Source: an uncultured delta proteobacterium (GTDB taxonomy: Bacteria; Desulfobacterota; Binatia; UBA9968). Taken from it: a stretch of 18,839 nt of DNA. Location of the stretch: NCBI GenBank assembly GCA_963816145.1, contig CAWFJP010000007.1, positions 1-18,839 on the forward strand. The letters run 5' to 3'. Position numbers and translations under genes: made by a program. Positions 1 through 7,190 of this stretch are shown piece by piece. The first letter of the stretch is position 1. Each line of letters opens with the position of its first letter. The notes under the pieces were generated by a model that did not search any database, was not told where the DNA came from, and saw only the letters and a list, made by a program, of their open reading frames with translations.

Positions 1-78
1 AACCTCGCCGGTGAAAACTCGAGGCGCGGAGAGCGCCAAGATCGACAAGATTAGAATCCACAGGCGAAGTATTTTCAT
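1..78 (-). CDS. 5' fragment of a secreted/periplasmic protein (signal peptide), runs off the window edge
   Basis: Not in the ORF track. Minus strand reads ATG at 78 then MKILRLWILILSILALSAPRVFTGEV to the edge (basic N-terminus plus hydrophobic core). SD GAGGAG at 84-89. Confidence 0.7.
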   Translation of the reverse strand, partial: MKILRLWILILSILALSAPRVFTGEV

Positions 79-130
79 AATCGCTCCTCAATGCGCGAGA
101 CCGGTGATCGGCAACCGTTGAAACCGTTCC

Positions 131-159
131 AATCTGACGTGGCAGCGCGCTACTGTCAA
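131..159 (-). promoter_or_regulatory. Possible sigma70 promoter for the edge gene
   Basis: TTGACA (154-159), 17-nt spacer, weak -10 CAGATT (131-136). Confidence 0.35.
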
Positions 160-179
160 GGAAATCGCCGTGCGATCTC

Positions 180-1253
180 TCAAACCAAGCGAATCGAGCG
201 AGCTTTGATGATGAGATAAACTGGATATTCTGCCTTGAGCCCAAGCCGCGCCACCGCGGACGCCGTTACTCGGACCAGAAACTCTTCCCCGGCGGCGATC
301 GTCACCATCGCTTCACCGTCGATGAAATCGAGGCGGCGAACCGTGCCGCGTAAAACGTTGCTGGCGGATATTCCTTGTGGCTCTTGGGTCGCGAGCAATA
401 TCTCATCGGCGCCGACGCGCAACTGTAGCGGCGATTTTGCCGCTGCCGAAACGTAAGGAATGAGCAGCTCGGCCCCCAGCGTGGTTCGCACCCGGCTGGT
501 GCCACCGGCAGGATCCGAGTCGAGCAGCGTCGCTGCGAAGACATTTTCAATTGGCTCGCCGGAAAGTTCCTGCAGGGTTGTCGCCGAGCGCAGGGTGTTC
601 TTGGGCACGCCTTGGGCAATCAACTTGCCGTGCTGCACCATCAAAACCCAATCCGCCAGAGTAAGGACCTCAGTGAGGTTGTGCGTGACATAAACCATCG
701 GGATCGCGAACTCGTCCCGAACTCGCGCGAGATAGGGGAGGATTTTTTCTTTGAGGCCGATGTCCAGCGCGGCGAGCGGTTCGTCGAGCAGCAAGAGTCG
801 CGGCCGGGATAAGATCGCTCGAGCGAGAGCGACCCGCTGCGCTTCGCCGCCCGACAGTTTGGTGACCGGACGAGCGAGCAAGCCGCCGATCTCCAGTACT
901 TCGAGCGCGTGGGACAATTGGATTCCCGGTGCCATGACGTTTCGGCCTCCGCGCTCGGCGCCGAAAAGTATGTTTTGTTTTACCGAGAGATGCGGGAAAA
1001 GTGCAGCCTCCTGGGGCACGTAGCCGATGCCGCGCTGGCGCGCCGGCAGATTGATGCCTTTTCCGGCGGAATAAAGGAACTTGCCATCGATCTCGATTTC
1101 TCCGGCAGCGACGGGGCGCAGGCCGGCGATGGCGTCGAGCAGCGTTGTCTTGCCGGAACCCGATGGTCCGAAGATCGCGGTTATGCGGCCTTCGAAGGAG
1201 GCGTCGATGTCGAGCTCGAAACTCGCCAACGGAATATGGCAGCGGAGCAACAT
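180..1253 (-). CDS. modC: Molybdate ABC transporter ATP-binding protein
   Basis: Walker A GPSGSGKT, Q-loop GYVPQE, signature LSGGE, Walker B LLLLDEP, H-loop VTHN, C-terminal TOBE-like region (ISASNVLRGTV...VYLIIKA). Directly downstream of modB. Confidence 0.95.
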   Translation of the reverse strand: MLLRCHIPLASFELDIDASFEGRITAIFGPSGSGKTTLLDAIAGLRPVAAGEIEIDGKFLYSAGKGINLPARQRGIGYVPQEAALFPHLSVKQNILFGAERGGRNVMAPGIQLSHALEVLEIGGLLARPVTKLSGGEAQRVALARAILSRPRLLLLDEPLAALDIGLKEKILPYLARVRDEFAIPMVYVTHNLTEVLTLADWVLMVQHGKLIAQGVPKNTLRSATTLQELSGEPIENVFAATLLDSDPAGGTSRVRTTLGAELLIPYVSAAAKSPLQLRVGADEILLATQEPQGISASNVLRGTVRRLDFIDGEAMVTIAAGEEFLVRVTASAVARLGLKAEYPVYLIIKARSIRLV

Positions 1254-1254
1254 G

Positions 1255-1929
1255 TCAGGGCTTCTTTCCCGACCGAATCAGCCACTCGGAGGACCAGACA
1301 AACAAAAATGCCAGCGCCACGGTAATACCGAGCAGCTTATAAGCCTCGGAATCTTTGCCGGTCTGAACGTAGTTGTAGATCGCCAGCGATAGCGTCTGCG
1401 TCCGGCCGGGGATATTCCCGGCTAAGAGTATGGTTGCGCCGAATTCGCCGAGAGCGCGGGAAAATGCCAGCAATGCGCCGGCGACAACGCCCTTGTAGGC
1501 GAGCGGCAAGGTAATCACAAAGAAGATTCTTAGCGGCGAGGCGCCGAGCGTAGCAGCGATCTGTTCAAGGCGCGGATTCACTTCCGCGAAAGAAGTCCGC
1601 ACCGAGCGGACGAGCAGCGGAAAGGACATGACCGCCATGGCGATCAGAACACCTTTCCAGTTAAAGACGATTTCGACGCCGCGCTCGTACAGCCATCCCC
1701 CCAAGGGACTGCGGCGGCCGAAAATTTTTAGCAGGATCAGGCCGGTCGACACCGGCGGCATCACCAGCGGCAGAAGAACGATGGTTTCCAAAACACTCTT
1801 GAGCGGCCACTCCTTGCGCGCAAATAGCCACGCGAGCCCAATGCCGAACGGGAGAATCAGCAGCGTGCTGGCAAGCCCGACCGCGAGTGAGAAGAGCGTG
1901 ATTTGCCAGGTGTCGAAGGAGAAGATCAC
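1255..1929 (-). CDS. modB: Molybdate ABC transporter permease
   Basis: LPLVMPPVSTG, EAA-type motif (LEQIAATLGAS), FSRALGEFGATILLAGNIPGRTQT typical of ModB; multiple TM helices. Confidence 0.95.
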   Translation of the reverse strand: MIFSFDTWQITLFSLAVGLASTLLILPFGIGLAWLFARKEWPLKSVLETIVLLPLVMPPVSTGLILLKIFGRRSPLGGWLYERGVEIVFNWKGVLIAMAVMSFPLLVRSVRTSFAEVNPRLEQIAATLGASPLRIFFVITLPLAYKGVVAGALLAFSRALGEFGATILLAGNIPGRTQTLSLAIYNYVQTGKDSEAYKLLGITVALAFLFVWSSEWLIRSGKKP

Positions 1930-1951
1930 GAATGAAATGTCGTCCTAAAGT

Positions 1952-2737
1952 TTAGTCAGTTACGACAAAGCCGTATTTTTTGAAATACTCCTTTGCTAGG
2001 GGACTCTGAATGTAATTCAAAAACTCGCGCGCCGCCTCTTTGCGTTTCGATTCTTTGACGATGGCGACCGGGTAGGTGATCTTGGGACCCTTTTCGATGG
2101 GCACTTCGTAAACGATCTTCACCTTCTTGGAAATGGCGGCGTCGGTTTTGTAGACGAAGCCGGCTTCGACATTGCCGGACTCGACGGACGCTAGAGTCGC
2201 GCGGACATCTTGCACTGGAACGATCTTCGATTTGACCTGGTCCCACAAGCCTTCGTCGGCCAAATACTTGCTGCTGTAGACGCCAACCGGCACGGAGGAC
2301 GGCTCGGCGAGCGCAATTTTCTTAACGTCGGCCTTCAATAAATCCTTCGGTGAAGAAACCGCCAGTTTGGAATCCGCCGGCACGATCATCACCAGTTGGT
2401 TCGAGAGCAGATTTTTTCGAGTTCCTGGTTCCAGCCGGCCGTTCTTATCGAGCGCATCCATTTGCGGCAAGTCGGCGGAGAAAAATAAATCTGCCGGCGC
2501 GCCTTCTTCGATCTGCCGCGCCAGGCCGTTGGACGGCCCGAAGTTAAATTTCACCGTATGTTTGGCTTTCGCTCGATAGCTGCTGGCGATTTCTTTTAGG
2601 ACATCGGTGAGGCTCGCCGCCGCCGATACTAGAACTTCGTCGGCCCAGGCCATTGCCTGAGCCCCGGCAAACATGATGATCAGCGTCGACACAGAGAGCA
2701 ATCGGCGTATCCGTCGGCTACTATCGAACATTATCAT
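1952..2737 (-). CDS. modA: Molybdate ABC transporter substrate-binding protein
   Basis: Signal peptide, then AAASL, QIEEGAPADLFFSA, VPVG, DVR, VYKTDA and ITYP motifs of ModA. SD AGGA upstream of the ATG. Confidence 0.95.
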   Translation of the reverse strand: MIMFDSSRRIRRLLSVSTLIIMFAGAQAMAWADEVLVSAAASLTDVLKEIASSYRAKAKHTVKFNFGPSNGLARQIEEGAPADLFFSADLPQMDALDKNGRLEPGTRKNLLSNQLVMIVPADSKLAVSSPKDLLKADVKKIALAEPSSVPVGVYSSKYLADEGLWDQVKSKIVPVQDVRATLASVESGNVEAGFVYKTDAAISKKVKIVYEVPIEKGPKITYPVAIVKESKRKEAAREFLNYIQSPLAKEYFKKYGFVVTD

Positions 2738-2766
2738 TGAACTTTCCTGTGTTGTGTCGCTATCGG

Positions 2767-3918
2767 TTATCCGTTGAATCCTGCAATGACTTTCCCAGTA
2801 TCACGCGTGTCATAGCCGCCCAGGGCTTCAAGCTCGGCGCGGAATCTTTTGCCGACCATTGTCTCGAGGAGAACTCGCAGACCGCTCAGTGACTCGTAGT
2901 ATTCTTTGGGGATTACCAAGTCGTAGCGTTCCCGCTGCAACGGCACGAAGTCCAAGCCGAAAATGGACGCAACGGACTGAACTCCGATGCCAACATCGGC
3001 TAGACCAGATTTGATGCGCGATGCCACGTCCAGATGCGAATAGACTTGGTCACCGTAACCTTTGATCCGATTGGGATTGATGGCGCTTAAACGCAATTGC
3101 TTATCGAGGAGGCGGCGCGCGCCGGAACCCTTTTCGCGATTGACGATTCTGACGATTGGTTTTGCCATATCTTTGACGGCGCGGATCTTCTTGGGATTGC
3201 CTTGGCGGATAATCAAGCCCTCTTCCCAGTGGGCGAAGGTCACCACGGTGCACTCCATGTCACCTAGGCTGTTCTCCAAATTAGGAGATTCCCACACGCC
3301 TGCGGTCTCATTCGCCAGATGGATGCCGGCAACGTGAATTTCACCGCGCTTGAGCGCGTTGAGCGCCATGCTGCTGCCCATCATGTAAGGCGCCAAGTTT
3401 CCTTGGCCGTGCTTTCTGACATGCTCGCCAGCTAGAAACATCGCCGGATCGCAACCGCCGACTACTACCTTGCGCTGCACCGCCTCGCGGTCGTTGAGCA
3501 ATTTGACTTTCACTCGGGTACTGCCGGGGCTCGATTTTACGATCAGGCCGTCCGCTGTTGCGCTTAAACTTGCCAGTTCCCCCACGCCGTCCAGCGGGCG
3601 GACCAAAATGCGTCGACCGATTTGCATTACTTGAGCCCGCACCGGCCGATTTCCTTGCGGCAGAATGCCGAGCAGCTCGCCCTCAAGAATCTCGCCGCCT
3701 TGCTTGAGGCTGAACAAATCTTCGACGCGGCAATGGAGTGCCCGCGCCAATTGCAGCGCAACCGAGGTGGCGGGAGAGTATTGGTCGGACTCTAGGGCGC
3801 TGACCGCTTGGCGCGTGATTCCGGCAAGATCTGCCAGTTGTTTTTGTGAGAGCGCCAAAGCTTGTCGCTTTTCGCGCAAACGGTTTTCGATTTCGATCTG
3901 ACGGGTCTCTGCTTCCAT
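2767..3918 (-). CDS. Putative molybdate/tungstate-responsive regulator: XRE HTH + MoeA-C-like segment + PBP_like domain
   Basis: N-terminal XRE HTH (LSQKQLADLAGITRQAVSALESDQYSP...VEDLF). C-terminal PBP_like motifs (GGCDP, GSSMAL..L..GEIHVAGIH, VNREKGSGAR, SHLDVA, FVPL..ERYDLVIP). First gene of the mod operon. Start placed at ATG 3918 rather than the track's 3966, which lies in the palindromic upstream region; the start is uncertain. Confidence 0.85.
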   Translation of the reverse strand: MEAETRQIEIENRLREKRQALALSQKQLADLAGITRQAVSALESDQYSPATSVALQLARALHCRVEDLFSLKQGGEILEGELLGILPQGNRPVRAQVMQIGRRILVRPLDGVGELASLSATADGLIVKSSPGSTRVKVKLLNDREAVQRKVVVGGCDPAMFLAGEHVRKHGQGNLAPYMMGSSMALNALKRGEIHVAGIHLANETAGVWESPNLENSLGDMECTVVTFAHWEEGLIIRQGNPKKIRAVKDMAKPIVRIVNREKGSGARRLLDKQLRLSAINPNRIKGYGDQVYSHLDVASRIKSGLADVGIGVQSVASIFGLDFVPLQRERYDLVIPKEYYESLSGLRVLLETMVGKRFRAELEALGGYDTRDTGKVIAGFNG

Positions 3919-3926
3919 GTGGTTTA

Positions 3927-3979
3927 TGACAGGATATCTAACATTATGTCCGGTATCATGTATCACAGATTACTGTCAA
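3927..3979. promoter_or_regulatory. Palindromic operator-like region / promoter of the regulator-modABC operon
   Basis: 33-bp imperfect palindrome ACA-g-GATA-tcta-ACAT-t-ATGT-ccgg-TATC-a-TGT (3929-3961). ACAG-atta-CTGT (3965-3976). Outer TGACAG (3927-3932) / CTGTCA (3973-3978). Minus-strand TTGACA at 3974-3979. Confidence 0.6.
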
Positions 3980-4269
3980 GCCACGGCTCGGTTCAGCAGC
4001 CGTCCGATGCGTTGGAACAGATTGTCGGAAAATTGTGAAATTCGAAAATCGCTGATGAACGATGGGTGGAACGTATCCATCATTGGGGGCTGCCGCGTCG
4101 ATGATCGTGATGATCCACGATCTCGCCGACGCTAAAACAGATGCGGCAAATTTGATTGGGTTTGATGGCGGAAAAGTCGCGCAGCGACGTTAGATCGACA
4201 CGAGTCTCCGTCCTACACGGTTCAGTAAAATTCTGGGGCGGTCTGCGCGATTAAATATTGCCGATCGCC

Positions 4270-4536
4270 TTAATCCCCGCGCGTCGCGTTTACTCCGCCG
4301 GGCTTTTTGAACCTGCGCGAGTGGCGGCTCCAGTCGCAGCCGCAGTCGTTGCAGTACCACTCGCTCATGCCTTCCCATTCTTCGCGGTCGGCGGCGATGG
4401 CTAGGCCCGTGTCGATTTTGCGCTGGAGAGCCGGAGTGACGATGCCGTGGATGACCGGCACCGCAGTGAGCGAGCCGCATTCGGGGCAGGGCGGCGCTGG
4501 TTTGATGGCTTTTGTTTTGGTCGATTTCCTTGCCAT
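4270..4536 (-). CDS. Small hypothetical protein with two CxxC motifs (zinc-ribbon-like)
   Basis: CPECG...VPVIHG...WYCNDCG, 88 aa, 42 bp downstream of the MetE-like gene on the same strand. Confidence 0.7.
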   Translation of the reverse strand: MARKSTKTKAIKPAPPCPECGSLTAVPVIHGIVTPALQRKIDTGLAIAADREEWEGMSEWYCNDCGCDWSRHSRRFKKPGGVNATRGD

Positions 4537-4578
4537 TGCGAAGCGCAGGTCGTTAGCAGCCCCTTCCCCTATTTGCAG

Positions 4579-5595
4579 TTAGAGGGTCTTTCTCACTTCG
4601 TTGGCGACATCGACCAAGAGTTTTGCCTTGGCATCGGCCAGCTCCCGGGTGATCGTCATGAGGCCGCAGTCGGGGGCGAGCCAGAGATTTTTCGGCTCGA
4701 TGTATTTGAGCGCGGTGCGCACGCGGTCGGCGACCTGGGCCACTGACGGTACCGGCGCATCGCTCGGATCGACGCAGCCGAACATGACGATGCGGCCTTT
4801 GGCGATCGACAGCACCGCGGGATCGTAGCCGCTGCGGGCGAACTCTACGCCGAAGCCGCCGATGCGCGTCTTCATCAATTCTTCGAGCAGTTCCGGGTAG
4901 GTGTATTCATGCTGCCGATCGGGATGTCCTCCAGGATAGCCGTAGCAGAGATGAACCATGGTCGGCACGGTGATGCCTTCGAGGCAGCGGTCGAGCGCTT
5001 TGGCGCCGTACGCAAAAACTTTCTCGTGATAGCGGGTCATCGCCGGCTCGTCGATTTCCAGCACGTCGCAGCCGGCGGCTTGCAGATCGCGCAGCTCTTG
5101 GTTGATCGCTACTGCCGCATCCATCGCCATGGCGGCTTCGTCACCTTTGTAAAACTCGTCCAGCGTGCTGTCGACGATGGTCATCGGCCCGGGCACATCC
5201 ATCTTGATCGGTTTGTTGGTTTGCGCCTTGGCGAATTTGAGATCCTCGACAATCGCCTGTCGGCGCCGTGTGATCTTGCCGACGACGCGCGGCACCGGCC
5301 GCGGCTGCTCGCGCCGCCGGTAGATGGTTTTCACCGCCTCATGTTCAAGGTCGATGCCGTCGAATGACGCGAGGACATGATTGATAAATCCGGTGCGCCG
5401 CTGCTCGCCGTCGGACAAGAGGTCGAGGCCGATCCGTTCTTGATTATGGATGCTCAGCGCCGTGGCGTCGTCCTGCGCTTGTTTGAGTTCCGCCCCCTCA
5501 AGGCGAAACACGGCGCGGCTGCGCTCGTTTTGCGCCAGCCAACTGGGCCGGGGGAAACTGCCGATGGTCGTGGCGGCGATCGGTGGAAGTTGCAT
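4579..5595 (-). CDS. Cobalamin-independent methionine synthase II family protein (single-barrel 'core' MetE-like Zn enzyme)
   Basis: TTIGSFPRP, SDGEQRR, PGPMTI, EIDEP, HLCYG (His/Cys Zn ligands), APDCGL. Only 338 aa, so it lacks the N-terminal barrel of full MetE. Confidence 0.88.
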   Translation of the reverse strand: MQLPPIAATTIGSFPRPSWLAQNERSRAVFRLEGAELKQAQDDATALSIHNQERIGLDLLSDGEQRRTGFINHVLASFDGIDLEHEAVKTIYRRREQPRPVPRVVGKITRRRQAIVEDLKFAKAQTNKPIKMDVPGPMTIVDSTLDEFYKGDEAAMAMDAAVAINQELRDLQAAGCDVLEIDEPAMTRYHEKVFAYGAKALDRCLEGITVPTMVHLCYGYPGGHPDRQHEYTYPELLEELMKTRIGGFGVEFARSGYDPAVLSIAKGRIVMFGCVDPSDAPVPSVAQVADRVRTALKYIEPKNLWLAPDCGLMTITRELADAKAKLLVDVANEVRKTL

Positions 5596-5663
5596 GGTTC
5601 ACCTCGATGGGAGATTTGTCTTTGGCTATATATGTACCTCGTCGGAAAGACAAGGTGATTCTA

Positions 5664-5691
5664 AATGGATAATGGAGAATTGAAAATGCGA
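5664..5691. repeat. Degenerate heptamer tandem repeat (4 units)
   Basis: AATGGAT AATGGAG AATTGAA AATGCGA, intergenic once the RluA frameshift is corrected. Confidence 0.6.
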
Positions 5692-5719
5692 AGAAAAGTC
5701 CATTCGTCGCGGCATCGAT

Positions 5720-6443
5720 TTAGATTGAGCGCGCGGACGGCAGCGGCCATTGTCCCACTAGGGTGTTGAAAAACACTGGCACTTTCGTTTCGAAAGTCAT
5801 CGGCTCGCCGCTGAAGGGATGCTTGAAGGAAATCGAGCGGGCATGAAGCGCTAGACGTTGGTAGCCGTTTATGTTCTTTGCCATAGCGTTGGTCACCGAC
5901 CACCGGGTGGCCGATGCCGGCGAGGTGCACGCGGATCTGGTGTTTCCGTCCGGTCAGCAGCTCGATTTCCAGGAGCGAAAAGTCCTTGGTCTCTTTCAGC
6001 ACTTTGTAGGCGGTGTGCGACAGTTTTCCTTTGCGTGCGTCGCTAGTCGTGTAGACACCATGCGCCTGGTTCTCCGCCAGGTAGGTCGTGATGGTGTCCG
6101 CGCGCTTCTCACAGCAGCCATGGACGACGGCGAGATATTGTTTCTTGGTGTCTTGCCATTGGTCCTGCAAACGAAACTTCGCTTGTTCGTTTTTGGCGAA
6201 GATCAGTATCCCCGAAGTCTCGCGATCGAGCCGGTGCACGATGAAAATGCGGTTCCGAGATTTCGCGACGCCCTTGCGGACGTAGTCGGTGAGAATGAAA
6301 TAGGTGGTGCGCGATTTTTCGCGATCGGTGCTGATGGTCAACAAGCCAGCCGGCTTGTCAACGACGATTATGTCGCGGTCTTCATGAAGGATCTCGATGC
6401 CGCCCAAGTGATGTTTGCCACTCGGGCCAGGGTGTCTACGCAT
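5720..6443 (-). CDS. RluA-family pseudouridine synthase with one +1 frameshift near 5867-5870
   Basis: VVDKPAGL, catalytic HRLDRETSG, KQYLAVV, LLTGRKHQIRVHL, HPVVGDQRYG. The family C-terminus GYQRLALHARSISFKHPFSGEPMTFETKVP...ARSI* continues in another frame to TAA at 5720-5722. Repaired length 240 aa; no S4 domain. Confidence 0.88.
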
Positions 6444-6485
6444 CGTCAGTCTTGGTCTGCGGCTCGATGAATTGGGTTGATTCCA

Positions 6486-6788
6486 TCATAATGCTCTACG
6501 GGAACGCCGCATGACGTACTCGCGCAGCACACGATCCATGCGGGACTGCCACCCTTCGCCGGTGGACTTAAAGTACGCCAAGACCTCCCGGCTATAACGC
6601 ACCGATACGAGTTGCTTCGCGCTCCCGGACTTGGGACGCCCGCGCAGCGCTCGCATGGGCACCATGGTCTTCAATTGCTTGAGTGTTAGCGGCTGGGCGT
6701 CGGGATCAGCCTTAGCCGCTGCTGTGATGGCCTTATCTTCTCGCACCGTAGGCATGACGACGGACGGGCGTTTAGTTGTTTTCGACAT
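6486..6788 (-). CDS. brnA: BrnA-family antitoxin
   Basis: ADPDAQPL...RGRPK...KQLVSVRYSREVLAYFKSTGEGWQSRMDRVLR is a typical BrnA C-terminal DNA-binding domain. Overlaps the toxin gene by 17 bp. Confidence 0.92.
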   Translation of the reverse strand: MSKTTKRPSVVMPTVREDKAITAAAKADPDAQPLTLKQLKTMVPMRALRGRPKSGSAKQLVSVRYSREVLAYFKSTGEGWQSRMDRVLREYVMRRSRRAL

Positions 6789-7041
6789 AGTATTTTACCT
6801 CTCGACGATTGGCTCGACGTAGGCTAATGATCCTTCGTGCCTCGCCACGGTCGACAAATGCCACGTAATAAAGAATCTCGGTTTGCGGCGCGAGGGCGAT
6901 CATCCGCAACTCATCGTAGTTGAAGCGGTCGTCGATCCAAACCAACGCCGCTTCCCAATCAAGCTCACCCGCCAGGGCCAGCGAGACGCCATGCTTGGCT
7001 CGATTCGCCACGTCTTTGGCGGGATCGAACTCGATACGCAT
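6772..7041 (-). CDS. brnT: BrnT-family ribonuclease toxin
   Basis: IEFDPAKDVANRAKHGVSL...YDELR...RRIISLRRANRRE, hallmark BrnT motifs. Toxin-first gene order. Confidence 0.93.
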   Translation of the reverse strand: MRIEFDPAKDVANRAKHGVSLALAGELDWEAALVWIDDRFNYDELRMIALAPQTEILYYVAFVDRGEARRIISLRRANRREVKYYVENN

Positions 7042-7046
7042 GTATT

Positions 7047-7075
7047 AATGTAGCTACAGTATAGAGGCGTGTCAA
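7047..7075 (-). promoter_or_regulatory. brnTA promoter with overlapping palindromic operator
   Basis: TTGACA (7070-7075), 17-nt spacer, TACATT (7047-7052), ATG 5 nt downstream. Perfect palindrome TGTAGCTACA (7049-7058) overlaps the -10. Confidence 0.75.
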
Positions 7076-7133
7076 ACGGCGCGCGGATTACTGTTTGCGC
7101 TTTGTCCACTTCATTTTGCGAATCCGAATTTTC

Positions 7134-7178
7134 TTAAAACGATTTGAACGGCTTGAACAGTTGGAACGACTGGAACGG
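7134..7178. repeat. Degenerate nonamer tandem repeat (5 units)
   Basis: TTAAAACGA TTTGAACGG CTTGAACAG TTGGAACGA CTGGAACGG, just past the MFS stop codon. Confidence 0.75.
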
Positions 7179-7190
7179 GTGTCCCTGTCA

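Noticed and set aside
1952-2737. ModA loop variants (FGPSNG, VPVG) as a sign of tungstate or other specificity
   Set aside because: The key Ser/Val/Tyr positions are retained and there is no TupA or WtpA signature. Specificity cannot be inferred by eye.
4201-4212. 12-mer CGAGTCTCCGTC shared with 18511-18522
   Set aside because: At 18511 it is the RBS region of the Mo subunit. At 4201 it precedes only a 3-codon ORF, and the flanks do not match. One 12-mer match in 19 kb is compatible with chance.
2738-4269. Moco/Wco riboswitch or ModE box upstream of mod genes
   Set aside because: The regulator-modA gap is only 29 bp. In 3980-4269 I see only small hairpins (e.g. GATGG...CCATC near 4061-4081), not a recognisable motif. 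An Infernal/Rfam scan would be decisive.
3917-4480. ORFs 3917-4135 (+) and 4190-4480 (-)
   Set aside because: No motifs. The first overlaps the operator region and the second overlaps the better-supported CxxC ORF in another frame.
6444-6490. Possible longer RluA N-terminus coupled to the brnA stop (ATG GAA TCA ACC... plus one more +1 shift in CCC)
   Set aside because: It requires assuming another error, and the extension has no conserved motif to support it.
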